Below are positions 1 through 8,926 of a DNA stretch of 17,697 bases, piece after piece (positions within the stretch are counted from its first letter, which is position 1; each line of letters opens with the position of its first letter). This stretch comes from Vitrella brassicaformis CCMP3155 (taxonomy: Eukaryota > Protista > Chromerida), in the NCBI GenBank assembly GCA_001179505.1, contig CDMY01000817.1:1-17697 (forward strand), written 5' to 3'. The position numbers were made by a program, and so were the translations under genes. The notes below the pieces were generated by a model. It ran no database searches. It was not told the DNA's origin and saw nothing but the letters and a program-made list of their open reading frames with translations.

Positions 1-694
1 TCGCCAAACTTGTCCACCTCCCCGCCGCAGATGCATCGCTGCGAGACGGTTGCGTGCGAGAGGGCAATGCCGAGACACCCGGCGACGGCGTGGCGATACT
101 GAAAGTTGTTCAGTGTCTTGCTATCGCTGGAAGGGATTGCTGACAGCCAATCAGACGAAAGAGGCCCTTGGCAGCTCAGAAGACGGGCGCGGGCTCTGCT
201 GTCGGAAGGGAGGGAGTTGAAGAGCTCGTTGAAGCGGAACTTGTGCAGTTGATCGGTCAGGCGCTGCTGTAGCCGAACCTGCGGTCTCGAGAGGAAGTCT
301 TGGAGGGAGGGGAGGGAGAAGGAGGGGCCGACCACTTCCGAGATGGCAGCGAGGGCGGGGATTGCCGCTTGAAGCCATGGCAGATCCAAAAGAGCAGCGG
401 GCCCACCCTGAGGCATCCACGGTGCTCCTCGGAACCGGCTAGAGACGTCAAAAGCCGTCACACCGATCGAGCCCAGAAAAGCCGCACGGGCAATCGTGGA
501 TGCGGAGACAAAGCCAAACCCTCCCAGCCGGATGGGTAGCTGCACTTGTGCGGAAACCGATGCGGGGAAGTCGCCGGGAAAGCGGAACATGCGCCTGAAT
601 GCCGTGATAATGGCGGCGTCATGTCGCTCGGCGGCTGCCAGGGAGACATCGGATTCTGGGGGAAGGAGGCGCAGCCAATAGTTCAGCCGGGGGG
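1..694 (-). pseudogene. C-terminal part of the CRE ORF (post-RT region and start of the CCHC-type zinc motif), truncated by the window edge
   Basis: Not in the supplied ORF track because it has no stop inside the window. Hand translation: PRLNYWLRLLPPESDVSLAAAERHDAAIITAFRRMF...QVQLPIRLGGFGFVSASTIARAAFLGS...RARLLSCQGPLSSDWLSAIPSSDSKTLNNFQYRHAVAGCLGIALSHATVSQRCICGGEVDKFG. It joins the RT frame by a frameshift at the G6 run 689-694. Confidence 0.88.
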
Positions 695-1735
695 ATCATA
701 ATAGCGGAGAAGTAGGCCTGAGCCCTGTAATCCCTTCTGAGCAAAAGTCACGATTGCGTCGAGCAGCGGTTGGTGGCCGCTGGTGATCTTCTCGAGGCTA
801 TGCTGGATGAAAGAGTTGCCGCCTAGCGGGCAGCCGAGGACAGTGATGCCATCAGTGGAGCATTTGACGCCGGAAGCAGCGATGTCCGCTGGGATGTCGG
901 AGTCTTGTTGCCAGCGGGGGCTCCATGCAGCACTCTTGTCTCTACGCAGCCGCGATTTCTTCTCGGCCAGAAGCTGCTCGGCTCTGTCCACATACCCCGT
1001 CACACGTGTCTCGTCCAGTCCACCATCGATGTCATCCATGAACGCACTAACAAAATCGTCGGGGAACTCCTGTTGCAGCTTGACGAGAGCGAGATGGAGG
1101 CCCAGGCAGAAGAGGAAAGGGCCTGCCGCATCGCCTTGTTGAGTGCCCTCCTGACTGAGGATGATCTCTGTGCGTCCGTCCTCCATCCGATACCACAGCT
1201 CAGCCGGGGTACCGTAGAACTGCCAGAAGAAATCGAAAAAGCACGGCCACTTTGTGCCGAGCTCGTCGAGGATCGCCTGTCGGTCGATGCTGTTGAAGGT
1301 GTTCTTGCAATCCAAAGTCACCAAAACCCGTCTGTCGGAGTCATCGCGGCGTGTCTCCATGTAGGTCTGACAGGCCCGGAAAATCTTCTCTCCGCCTGCC
1401 GACGTACCAACCGCAAACTGTAGAGGCGCGAAGTCGTCCTCAAAGGCCAGCTTGTTCTCCATACAAACTGCCTTCGTCACCCATCTCCAAAGCACATCAC
1501 CCACAGCAATCGGCCGGACACCACCGTTGTTCTTCATCAGAGCGAAAAGGCGGGCCGCCGAGAGAGTCGTAGTGCAGCTGTCCGGCATGTTCTCAGCGAG
1601 CATCCGGTTGACAAAGGAGGGTAGAGGGACGGTCCCGTCTTCTGCCGAGGCGTCACCCTCTCCCATGCAGGCACGAAGATGCTCATACCGCCATCAGGTC
1701 GGGCCCGCTGCAGAACCTCGCGGCGCCGTCTTGAG
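683..1735 (-). pseudogene. Reverse transcriptase domain of the CRE-clade element (in-frame stop at 1694-1696)
   Basis: ORF 683..1666 carries non-LTR RT motifs. Upstream the same frame reads LKTAPRGSAAGPT*WRYEHLRAC, where TGA replaces the expected Gly codon of GPxGW. A 2-nt (GA) duplication at 1733-1736 shifts the frame relative to ORF 1537..3891. Confidence 0.92.
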
Positions 1736-3891
1736 AGGGCAGCTAGTAGAACTCTGGGCGGGACCGTGAGAGGGACGGCCGGCTCATCTGGGCTGGTATG
1801 GGTCTGCGGCTTTCTGGGGAGCGGGGCTGCCGGGTGTAGGTCCTTGAGCTGCTGGAGCGTTGCCGCTGTCGCCGGAGCGACCTTGGCGGCCGTCAGCCGC
1901 CTTGCCGCACGCGACAGCTCTCCCTGTTTCACAAATCTCTCTGCTGCTCGCAGCTTGATTTCCTCCAGGGATGGCTCAGACACGCCGTCCACCGGTCCAT
2001 CGCCGCGTGGAGCAAATATGTGGCGACCCTGTTTAGCAAAATTCCGAGACTCGTCGAGCAATCCTTGCCACTCTCCAGCCCAGAACCGCTGAAAGCGAGC
2101 GCTCCACTTGCGATGGCCGCCCTTTCCGCCGCGATTCATCGGGAAGAGCAGCATAGTCGGCACGAAAATGGCTGTCAGGCAGCCGACATCCGAGTCCTCT
2201 TCGTCCTTCACGTACTTCTCGGTAGTGTCCACCACCATGCTTAGCGATTCCCGGACACACCCAGGTATGCGGGATATGGTGCGAACGCCCAGCTTGAAAT
2301 GATCATCCCATTGCTCGGCGGTGAGACTGCAGAGATAATCAAGCCCACGCTGCGGGAAAATGCGTCTCGAGCGAAACCAGTGGGAGTCGTGGGGCGGGTC
2401 TGGTGGTGGACCTGGGGGAGGTGGAGGTCCTCCGCCGCTTGGGGGCGGCCCATTGCCGCCCGAGTCACCATCTCCTGCTCCGCCATCCCCCGGGCCACCG
2501 GGTGGCGGGCCGGGCGGCGGCGGGAGTGCGAATCCCCCTCCACCTCGAGCACCGCGGACGCCTCGTGGGGCTCCACGCGTTCCTCTACCGCGACCCCTCC
2601 CCCGAGCTCGGCGCGGCGGCGGCTGCGAAGCACCACCTTCACCATCCCCGCCTCGCCCCGTCGCATCACGGGTATCTAGGGGCGTGTCTCGGGTGTCCGG
2701 AGCCGGATTGACCGTGTCTCGGTTGATCGAAGGCGGCGGCGGTGGCGGGGGAGGTGGAGGGGGCGGGGGTGGTGGTGGGGGTGGTGGGGATGATGGAGGC
2801 GGTTGAGAGCCTCCTCCCGGGCTCGAACAGGAGGGCGGCGGGGGAGGGTTGGGCGCAGTCTGCTGTCGTCGCAACTCACGGGCCCGACGGCCTCTCCCCC
2901 TGTGTTGCCCCGCCTCCCGCTGACGGAAGCACTGACCGCCACAGAAAGCCGTACATATCATACATCTGCCAAAACCCCTGTTCCTGGCTGAGCGCCGGCG
3001 GGCGTCTGGCGGCGGCTGAGAGGAGGGCGTAGGGGCGGCGGGGTCATCAAGCCAAGCTGACAGGACGTCTCTCAAGTCGCAAAGCCCTTCTGGAGGACCC
3101 GGGTTCTCCGGATCAAAGCCTTCGCGTGCTGCGATCTCCGCCGCGGCGGAAGGTCGTGTGGCGTCCCACGCATCGAGGATGTCGTCCGATTCTCGAATGC
3201 CCTCGGACGGGTCACGATTGTCGGGGTCGTAGCCTTCGCGCGACGTCATATCAGCCAGAGCCTCAGGTCGGCCAGGGGGAAGCGTGGGGCGATCGCCGCC
3301 ATTCGGCCCCGCCGCCAAAGATGGATCCGCACCCGAGGGTCCGCGGTCCTCGCGAGATATCAGCTCATCCAGAGTGAGTTGCCCGCTGGCACCTGCCCCT
3401 CCCCTGCCCCCTGTCAAATCGCGATCATCCGCAATATCCATCCATCCGCATCCATCCATGGTTTCTCCCACTTCACTCGTCCTGTCGACTTCTCGGCCAT
3501 CTCCTGTGGGCGAGAAGTCTATGTGGGTGTCCTGATCCTGCTGTTGTTCCAAGCCACTAGAAGCCACTTCCTCCTCCCACTCCTCACGTGGCGGTGCAGC
3601 CGCCTCCTCTTGCAGACGCCTGCGGGTGCGGCGTTGCCGTTGTCTATCAGTGCGACGCTGGCGTCGGATGCCCGAGCGGGGGGAGGTCTGTAGATCGGCG
3701 ATGCCCTCTGGGTGAGAAGGAGGCGGGACGAGGCGGGTCGGTCCATTGGTGGCAGCTGGGGGACGTGTCTCCGTCTGACGGGCCCGCAGCATGGCCGTCA
3801 ACGCTCGCGACTTCAGCGCAGGCGCAGGGCCACTCACCACATCGGCACCAGTCGCCTGCAACTTCCCCACCCGCTGCGGGGTCACTCCCAT
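1733..3891 (-). pseudogene. N-terminal region of the CRE polyprotein (acidic/Arg-rich, 38-aa tandem motif, Cys cluster, poly-Pro/Gly linker, conserved pre-RT block)
   Basis: Main body of ORF 1537..3891. The part from about 2400 down to 1735 matches the CRE pre-RT region. The more N-terminal part is low complexity and is assigned only by frame continuity. Confidence 0.75.
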
Positions 3892-4789
3892 CCAACAGTA
3901 GCAGGGACATGAAGTGGTTGCCAGCGTAGAAAATAAAGAGTATCGGCGGGGGGGGAGGGCTCCAGGACCGTCCTGGGTCGCTGCACACGTCCGCCCTCAG
4001 GGTGAAGTGTCTCATGCTCGCTGAGCAGGAGCGGGACGGTGGGGTCTTCGAATTGTTCCTCGGCAAGGACGCAGAGAACGATGGAGGCTCCCGTCACCTT
4101 GGCCAGAGAGCGCACGTCACACTCGGTAAGTGACGAATTCTGCATGACGTCCAAGATGTGGTCGCGAGGACTCGCAACAAGGCGTCCAATTGACCCGACG
4201 AACGCCGCCGTTCAAGGTCCCCCACCACCAGCCCGCGCAATTCTGCCGGTCCGGGGATAGGGATGGGAAGACGATCAGCCGGCTGTTCACTGTCCGTGTG
4301 TCATGGTTTTTCCGGAAGGAAGGTGATTTCGCAGAGGAGGGAGGTAGCGTTGAGGGGCGTGGCGTGTCTGTGGGGCGCATGAAATGGCCGGTGTGTTTAC
4401 TGCGAGCTCTTCTCTTCGAAAGGGGTCTGTTTCTTGTACAGGTAAGCTGCGTGGATGCGTGTGGGGCGTGGTGTGTGTTCGGGAGGGTGCGTATGTCATC
4501 AGCATGGGCACAAACCTCTGCATGTATGGATGTGGTCTGTTTCTTGTACAGACACGTCATGGTGTGCTGCTAAGGGACTCGGCGTCCCCTCTTCGGCTGA
4601 GTAGCCTCCCCCTGGCCATAGGAGACCGGACCTCCAGCGGCACGCACGTCAACAACCACTGTGCTCGTTTGCCCAGGCCCTTCTCAGCTCTCTGCGTCCG
4701 CCTGACCAACAGCCTGAGGCTCTGTCAACAGATCCAACTACAATGTCTATCGCCAGATCCAGGTCGGCCGATGTGATGCGCAGCCCTCA

Positions 4790-6121
4790 CGGCCGCCAAA
4801 TCGTCGGCGGCCGTGCCGCCACGTCTTAAGACGGTGTGGTGCCACATCCTTCAGGCCGTAAAGCGACAGAGCCCGTCCCCACCCTCAGAGAACGGCGACC
4901 CACCCGACGGCCCTCCATTCAACCCCTTCCAGCACCGCGCCGAGATGCAGCAAGCGGTCAAGGAGGGGCGGNNNNNNNNNNNNNNNNNNNNNNNNNNNNN
5001 NNNNNNNNNNNNNNNNNNNNNNNNNNNNNNNNNNNNNNNNNNNNNNNNNNNNNNNNNNNNNNNNNNNNNNNNNNNNNNNNNNNNNNNNNNNNNNNNNNNN
5101 NNNNNNNNNNNNNNNNNNNNNNNNNNNNNNNNNNNNNNNNNNNNNNNNNNNNNNNNNNNNNNNNNNNNNNNNNNNNNNNNNNNNNNNNNNNNNNNNNNNN
5201 NNNNNNNNNNNNNNNNNNNNNNNNNNNNNNNNNNNNNNNNNNNNNNNNNNNNNNNNNNNNNNNNNNNNNNNGGGGCGGCGGGCGACCGATGAGGCAGCCA
5301 AGGAGCGCTTCGAGGACGGCCTCCAGCAGCTGCCCCCAGAGAGACGACGGGCAGTCCACCGGGCGATCGAAGGCAAGACAGCCGGGTGGGTGACTTGCCG
5401 GCCTGACGCGGAGGACCACACCGACCTGACGCCTGACGAGTTCCGCGACAACATGGCCATCCGGTACGCCTACGAACCTCTCAAGATGCCCACCCACTGC
5501 GATGGCTGCGGGGCTGCATACTCGCTCGACCACGCCCTCAACTGTGGGGTGGGTGGGTTGGTGATTCGGCGGCACAACGAGGTGGTGGACGTGCTGTGCG
5601 ACCTTTCTGCCAAGGCTTGGGGCGAGTCGGCGGTCAGGAAGGAGGTGATGATCGTGGAGCCCGAGGAGGAGGGGGAGAAGGGAGTGCGGACGGACATGGT
5701 GGTGAGAGGGGTGTGGGAGAGGCAGAAAGACGTGTCGTTCGACGTATGCGTGACGAACGCTGGCGCACCGTCCTACCGCAAGCAATCCACCGCCTCCATC
5801 CTCAAGAGCAAGGCCAAGACCAAGAAGGCCCACCACAGCCGTTTGTGCGAGGACAAGTCCATCCACTTCACCCCCTTGTGCGTCACGGTGGATGGTGTGT
5901 AGGGCAGAGAGGCCAACGGTTTTTTCAGCCGCCTGGTTGAGAAGCTGCGCACCAAGGCTGCGTGGGCAGACAAGTCGTATGGCCAGGTGATGGGGTGGGT
6001 TCGTGCTCGTCTGTCCGTTGCGTTGGCGCGTAGTGCGAGTATGTGTGTGCGTGGTGGGCGGCGCCGCTGGAAGATACGCCAGGCGGGCGCTGAGGATGGT
6101 GCTGGCATGTTTGTCGCATGA
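4790..6121 (+). mobile_element. 5'-truncated CRE-type non-LTR retrotransposon fragment: zinc finger plus restriction-like (PD-(D/E)xK) endonuclease
   Basis: Reading: HILQAV...FNPFQHRAEM...[gap]...RRAVHRAIEGKTAGWVTCRP...EFRDNMAIRY...CDGCGAAYSLDHALNCGVGGLVIRRHNEVVD...VRTDMVVRGVW...FDVCV...FTPLCVTVDGV*GREANGFFSRL...WVRARLSVALARSASMCVRGGRRRW...VA*. Premature TAG at 5900-5902, natural stop at 6119-6121. No RT is present upstream, and the 5' boundary is approximate. Confidence 0.88.
4972..5271. other. 300-N gap
   Basis: Run of exactly 300 N. Confidence 0.99.
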
Positions 6122-6337
6122 TTGAGGGTTGGTCGATGTTGACGCAGTTCGTTTCATGAGAGACCGACAGACTCTGCCTGCCGTTGCGCTATGAGTTAAC
6201 GTATGTCACACACAAAATGCTTCTATCCCGTGTTTGGAGCAGTGAATTGATACAAAAAGTGAACCCGCGGGTATCACACCAGTCCCGTAGAGTTGCTAGA
6301 GCGCATGCCCTCTACTCTGCGACTGCCTTCTGACTAG

Positions 6338-6441
6338 GGTGACCCACGTGGAACAATGGGAAGGGGAAGGCCTTGATTGGTGCCATCAATTACTTGGCGT
6401 CAAAAGGTCTCAACATGATGTCTTTCCTTACATACAACGTG
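6338..6441 (+). pseudogene. Fragment similar to bacterial DUF5060-domain (putative glycoside hydrolase/collagen-binding-associated) proteins
   Basis: Frame starting at 6343 reads [33 protein letters not shown], preceded by GD in a frame shifted by 1 nt. This matches my recollection of the family motif GDPTWxxGKGKGLIGAxNYLASKGxNxxSFLTYN. No search was run. Confidence 0.6.
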
Positions 6442-6536
6442 CAGGTTCACATCGTGCACAGACAAGCATGATCTCATGTGCACACGGTGTCGTTGATTGG
6501 CACTTTGGTGATGGAGGAAATACAGGCGACGACGGC

Positions 6537-6679
6537 TGTCAGCGTGAGCGTGGCACACAGATGTCGATATATCCTTGACCCGAAAGGATATGAATGCGCA
6601 TCACAACCAAGTTCCGAGTCCAAGCTCGCACGATCACTGGCAATCATGAAACGGGCCCTGGCTGATGGCTGTCCTGACA
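6537..6679 (-). repeat. 3' LTR (143 bp)
   Basis: Starts TGTCAGCG and ends CCTGACA. About 87% identical by hand alignment (128/147 columns) to 12842-12983. Confidence 0.93.
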
Positions 6680-6691
6680 CCCCCTCTCGCT
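6680..6691 (-). other. Polypurine tract
   Basis: Minus strand reads AGCGAGAGGGGG immediately before the 3' LTR, as expected for a copia PPT. Confidence 0.85.
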
Positions 6692-6743
6692 CGAAGAGCG
6701 TACCACAGCCATCAGACTGCTCTAGACATCACTTAAACCATGG

Positions 6744-8531
6744 CTACGCATGTGTGAATGGAGGCAGCATCAGGTCAGTCAGGTATCTGTGTCGTGATGT
6801 TGGTAGTGATTTGGTGAGTGCGTCTGCAACGTTGTCCTCCGTGTTGACGTAGAACAGCGAGCAGACACCACCGGCAACCAAATTACGCACCTTCCATACA
6901 CGACGATCAAAGTGCCTCTTCTCCTTCCTGACGCTAGTGAGGTTGGCAGCAATGCCAAGGGCCCCGCTATTGTCTGTGTATGCTCTGGCTGCCCCACACA
7001 TGACGCCACAGTCGATCATGTCATCAAGAACATTCTTGACGTACCTGACCTGCAGTGTGCATTCATGCAATGCTATCAACTCTGCCTCCGGTGAGCTATC
7101 TGCCACCATGCTCTGCTTACAGCTACGCCACACCACCGGTCCGCCGCCCATGAACACAACATAGCCAGTCGTAGAACGATTGTGTGTGTGTGGCTCGTTC
7201 CATGACGCATCCGCATAGCCAGTCATGTCAAACGATATGAAGGTGTTGCCTGCCTTGTCGTGGGTATTGAAATCGACTGCCGAAAACACTATGCCCCTAT
7301 CTCTGCTGCCCTTCAAGTAACGCAACACGTGTTTGGCAGCACTGGTGTGTGCGCGTGTCGGCCTGGCTTGCAATGCACACAGCTTAGACACAGAGTAGGA
7401 GAGGTCAGGCCGACACACACTTAACACTAGACAACCCATCAATGCGTGCATGGGAAAGTCGCTATCTACACACCCATCCCCTTGCTCGCTGAGGTCGGCC
7501 CCCTCTGGCAGTGGTGTGGCAGCTGGCTTGGCTTCGGTCATTTCAAACTGAGCAAGGGCCTTGTCTATGTAGTGAGGCATGGAGAGCGACAGCAGTTTCT
7601 CGGCTCTGTTTCGCTTCACTTGCACTCCCACATAGACATCCATCGGCCCCAGGTCAGTCAGAACGAACCTTCCTGGCTTAGTCAGCTCACCAAACAGCCA
7701 TCGGAACACCTCCTCGTGCATGTACGCAACACCGAAGTCATCCACGAATCGACACACATAACACAGCCTCTCTGGATGCATGTATACACACCGCTCGATC
7801 GAATGTTGTACGAACCCGATCTCCCTGAGCACCTCATCTACCGTCTCTTGCCATGCACGTGGTGCCCCAGCCAGTCCGTACGCCGCCCTATGTATCTCCC
7901 AAACCATGCCTGACTCCTTATATCCATCAGGGCACTCAACCCATACAGGTGTGTCTAGCTTTGAGTTGAGGAAGGCCGTCTCTACGTCCATCTGTCTGAG
8001 CTCAAGATCGAGTGAGTTGACGAGAGAGAGAAAGATATGCAGTGCACTGTACGGCAGTGTGGCTGCGAATGTACGGCCTCTCTCTTCTGCTGGCTGCTGG
8101 AATCCACGCACTCTGAATCGCACCTTAAAGCGAGTCGGCTTGATGGTGAATACTTGCTTGATAGTCAGTGGTTTCGACCTCGCTCTCTCTCGTGGCACCA
8201 CACTATATACGCTGTTCTTCTCCCAGCTCGTCTTCTCCTTGTCTGACGCCTCCCTCCAGTACTTAGCTACAGGGCTACGCACTGCTTGCTTGTATGTATT
8301 AGGCAAAGGCAACATGGATGCATGCAGCAACGCCTCCCCCAATCTCTCTCTATCACCACTCATGACAGCCACGCAATGAATGTGATGTGTGACACACACG
8401 CACCGATACACCAACAGACACGCCATCAAACACACTACCGCCCACTTCATGTGTGTCTGTGGTGTGAGTGTGTGGGTGAATGGACGCATGAATGGGTGGA
8501 TGAATGGACGTATGAATGGTTGGGTGGGAGG
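6744..8531 (-). CDS. pol: Copia reverse transcriptase plus RNase H (C-terminal part of pol; open from the gap to the stop at 6744)
   Basis: PNTYKQA...YWREA, KVRFRVRGFQQ, QMDVETAFLN, YGLAGAPRAW, FVDD, DLGPMDVYVGVQV, RPDLSYSVS, KHVLRYLKGS, GYADASW, RSTTGY, WRSCKQ, SSPEAE, TDNSGA, NVADALTK. Confidence 0.93.
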   Translation of the reverse strand, partial: PPTQPFIRPFIHPFMRPFTHTLTPQTHMKWAVVCLMACLLVYRCVCVTHHIHCVAVMSGDRERLGEALLHASMLPLPNTYKQAVRSPVAKYWREASDKEKTSWEKNSVYSVVPRERARSKPLTIKQVFTIKPTRFKVRFRVRGFQQPAEERGRTFAATLPYSALHIFLSLVNSLDLELRQMDVETAFLNSKLDTPVWVECPDGYKESGMVWEIHRAAYGLAGAPRAWQETVDEVLREIGFVQHSIERCVYMHPERLCYVCRFVDDFGVAYMHEEVFRWLFGELTKPGRFVLTDLGPMDVYVGVQVKRNRAEKLLSLSMPHYIDKALAQFEMTEAKPAATPLPEGADLSEQGDGCVDSDFPMHALMGCLVLSVCRPDLSYSVSKLCALQARPTRAHTSAAKHVLRYLKGSRDRGIVFSAVDFNTHDKAGNTFISFDMTGYADASWNEPHTHNRSTTGYVVFMGGGPVVWRSCKQSMVADSSPEAELIALHECTLQVRYVKNVLDDMIDCGVMCGAARAYTDNSGALGIAANLTSVRKEKRHFDRRVWKVRNLVAGGVCSLFYVNTEDNVADALTKSLPTSRHRYLTDLMLPPFTHA

Positions 8532-8831
8532 NNNNNNNNNNNNNNNNNNNNNNNNNNNNNNNNNNNNNNNNNNNNNNNNNNNNNNNNNNNNNNNNNNNNN
8601 NNNNNNNNNNNNNNNNNNNNNNNNNNNNNNNNNNNNNNNNNNNNNNNNNNNNNNNNNNNNNNNNNNNNNNNNNNNNNNNNNNNNNNNNNNNNNNNNNNNN
8701 NNNNNNNNNNNNNNNNNNNNNNNNNNNNNNNNNNNNNNNNNNNNNNNNNNNNNNNNNNNNNNNNNNNNNNNNNNNNNNNNNNNNNNNNNNNNNNNNNNNN
8801 NNNNNNNNNNNNNNNNNNNNNNNNNNNNNNN
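8532..8831. other. 300-N gap
   Basis: Run of exactly 300 N. Confidence 0.99.
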
Positions 8832-8926
8832 AACGATGGACACTTCGATGTATGTTATCAACAAAGATAGTGGATGCCACACACTGTGTCTGTGCGGGCA
8901 TCATTGCTATCTACACTACTCACTAC

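Larger units (their letters stand above)
1..4300 (-). mobile_element. CRE-clade (RT plus restriction-like endonuclease type) non-LTR retrotransposon, decayed, 3' end runs off the left edge of the window
   Basis: Minus-strand frames join into one CRE-type polyprotein: pre-RT block (IPGCVR...LLFPMNRGG...RFWAGEW; GELSRAARRL...LQQLKDLHP), GPT*WRYEHL, RT motifs (LFALMKNNGGVRPIAVG, LQFAVG, LDCKNTFNS, GTQQGDAAGPFLF, AFMDD, VLGCPLG), then LPIRLGGFG, ARLLSCQGPLSSDWLSAIP and CICGGEVDKFG at position 1. The 5' boundary is approximate. Confidence 0.9.

Noticed and set aside
2400-2800. G-quadruplex-forming tracts as a dedicated element
   Set aside because: The G-runs are fully explained by poly-Pro/Gly codons of the minus-strand ORF.
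151-4776. Numerous plus-strand and alternate-frame ORFs over the CRE element (e.g. 905..1423, 1679..2092, 2360..2806)
   Set aside because: These are shadow ORFs expected from GC-rich coding DNA on the opposite strand or in other frames, with no recognisable motifs.
4958-6157. 399-aa minus-strand ORF and other ORFs running through N gaps
   Set aside because: Antisense to the endonuclease fragment and inflated by X residues across the gap.
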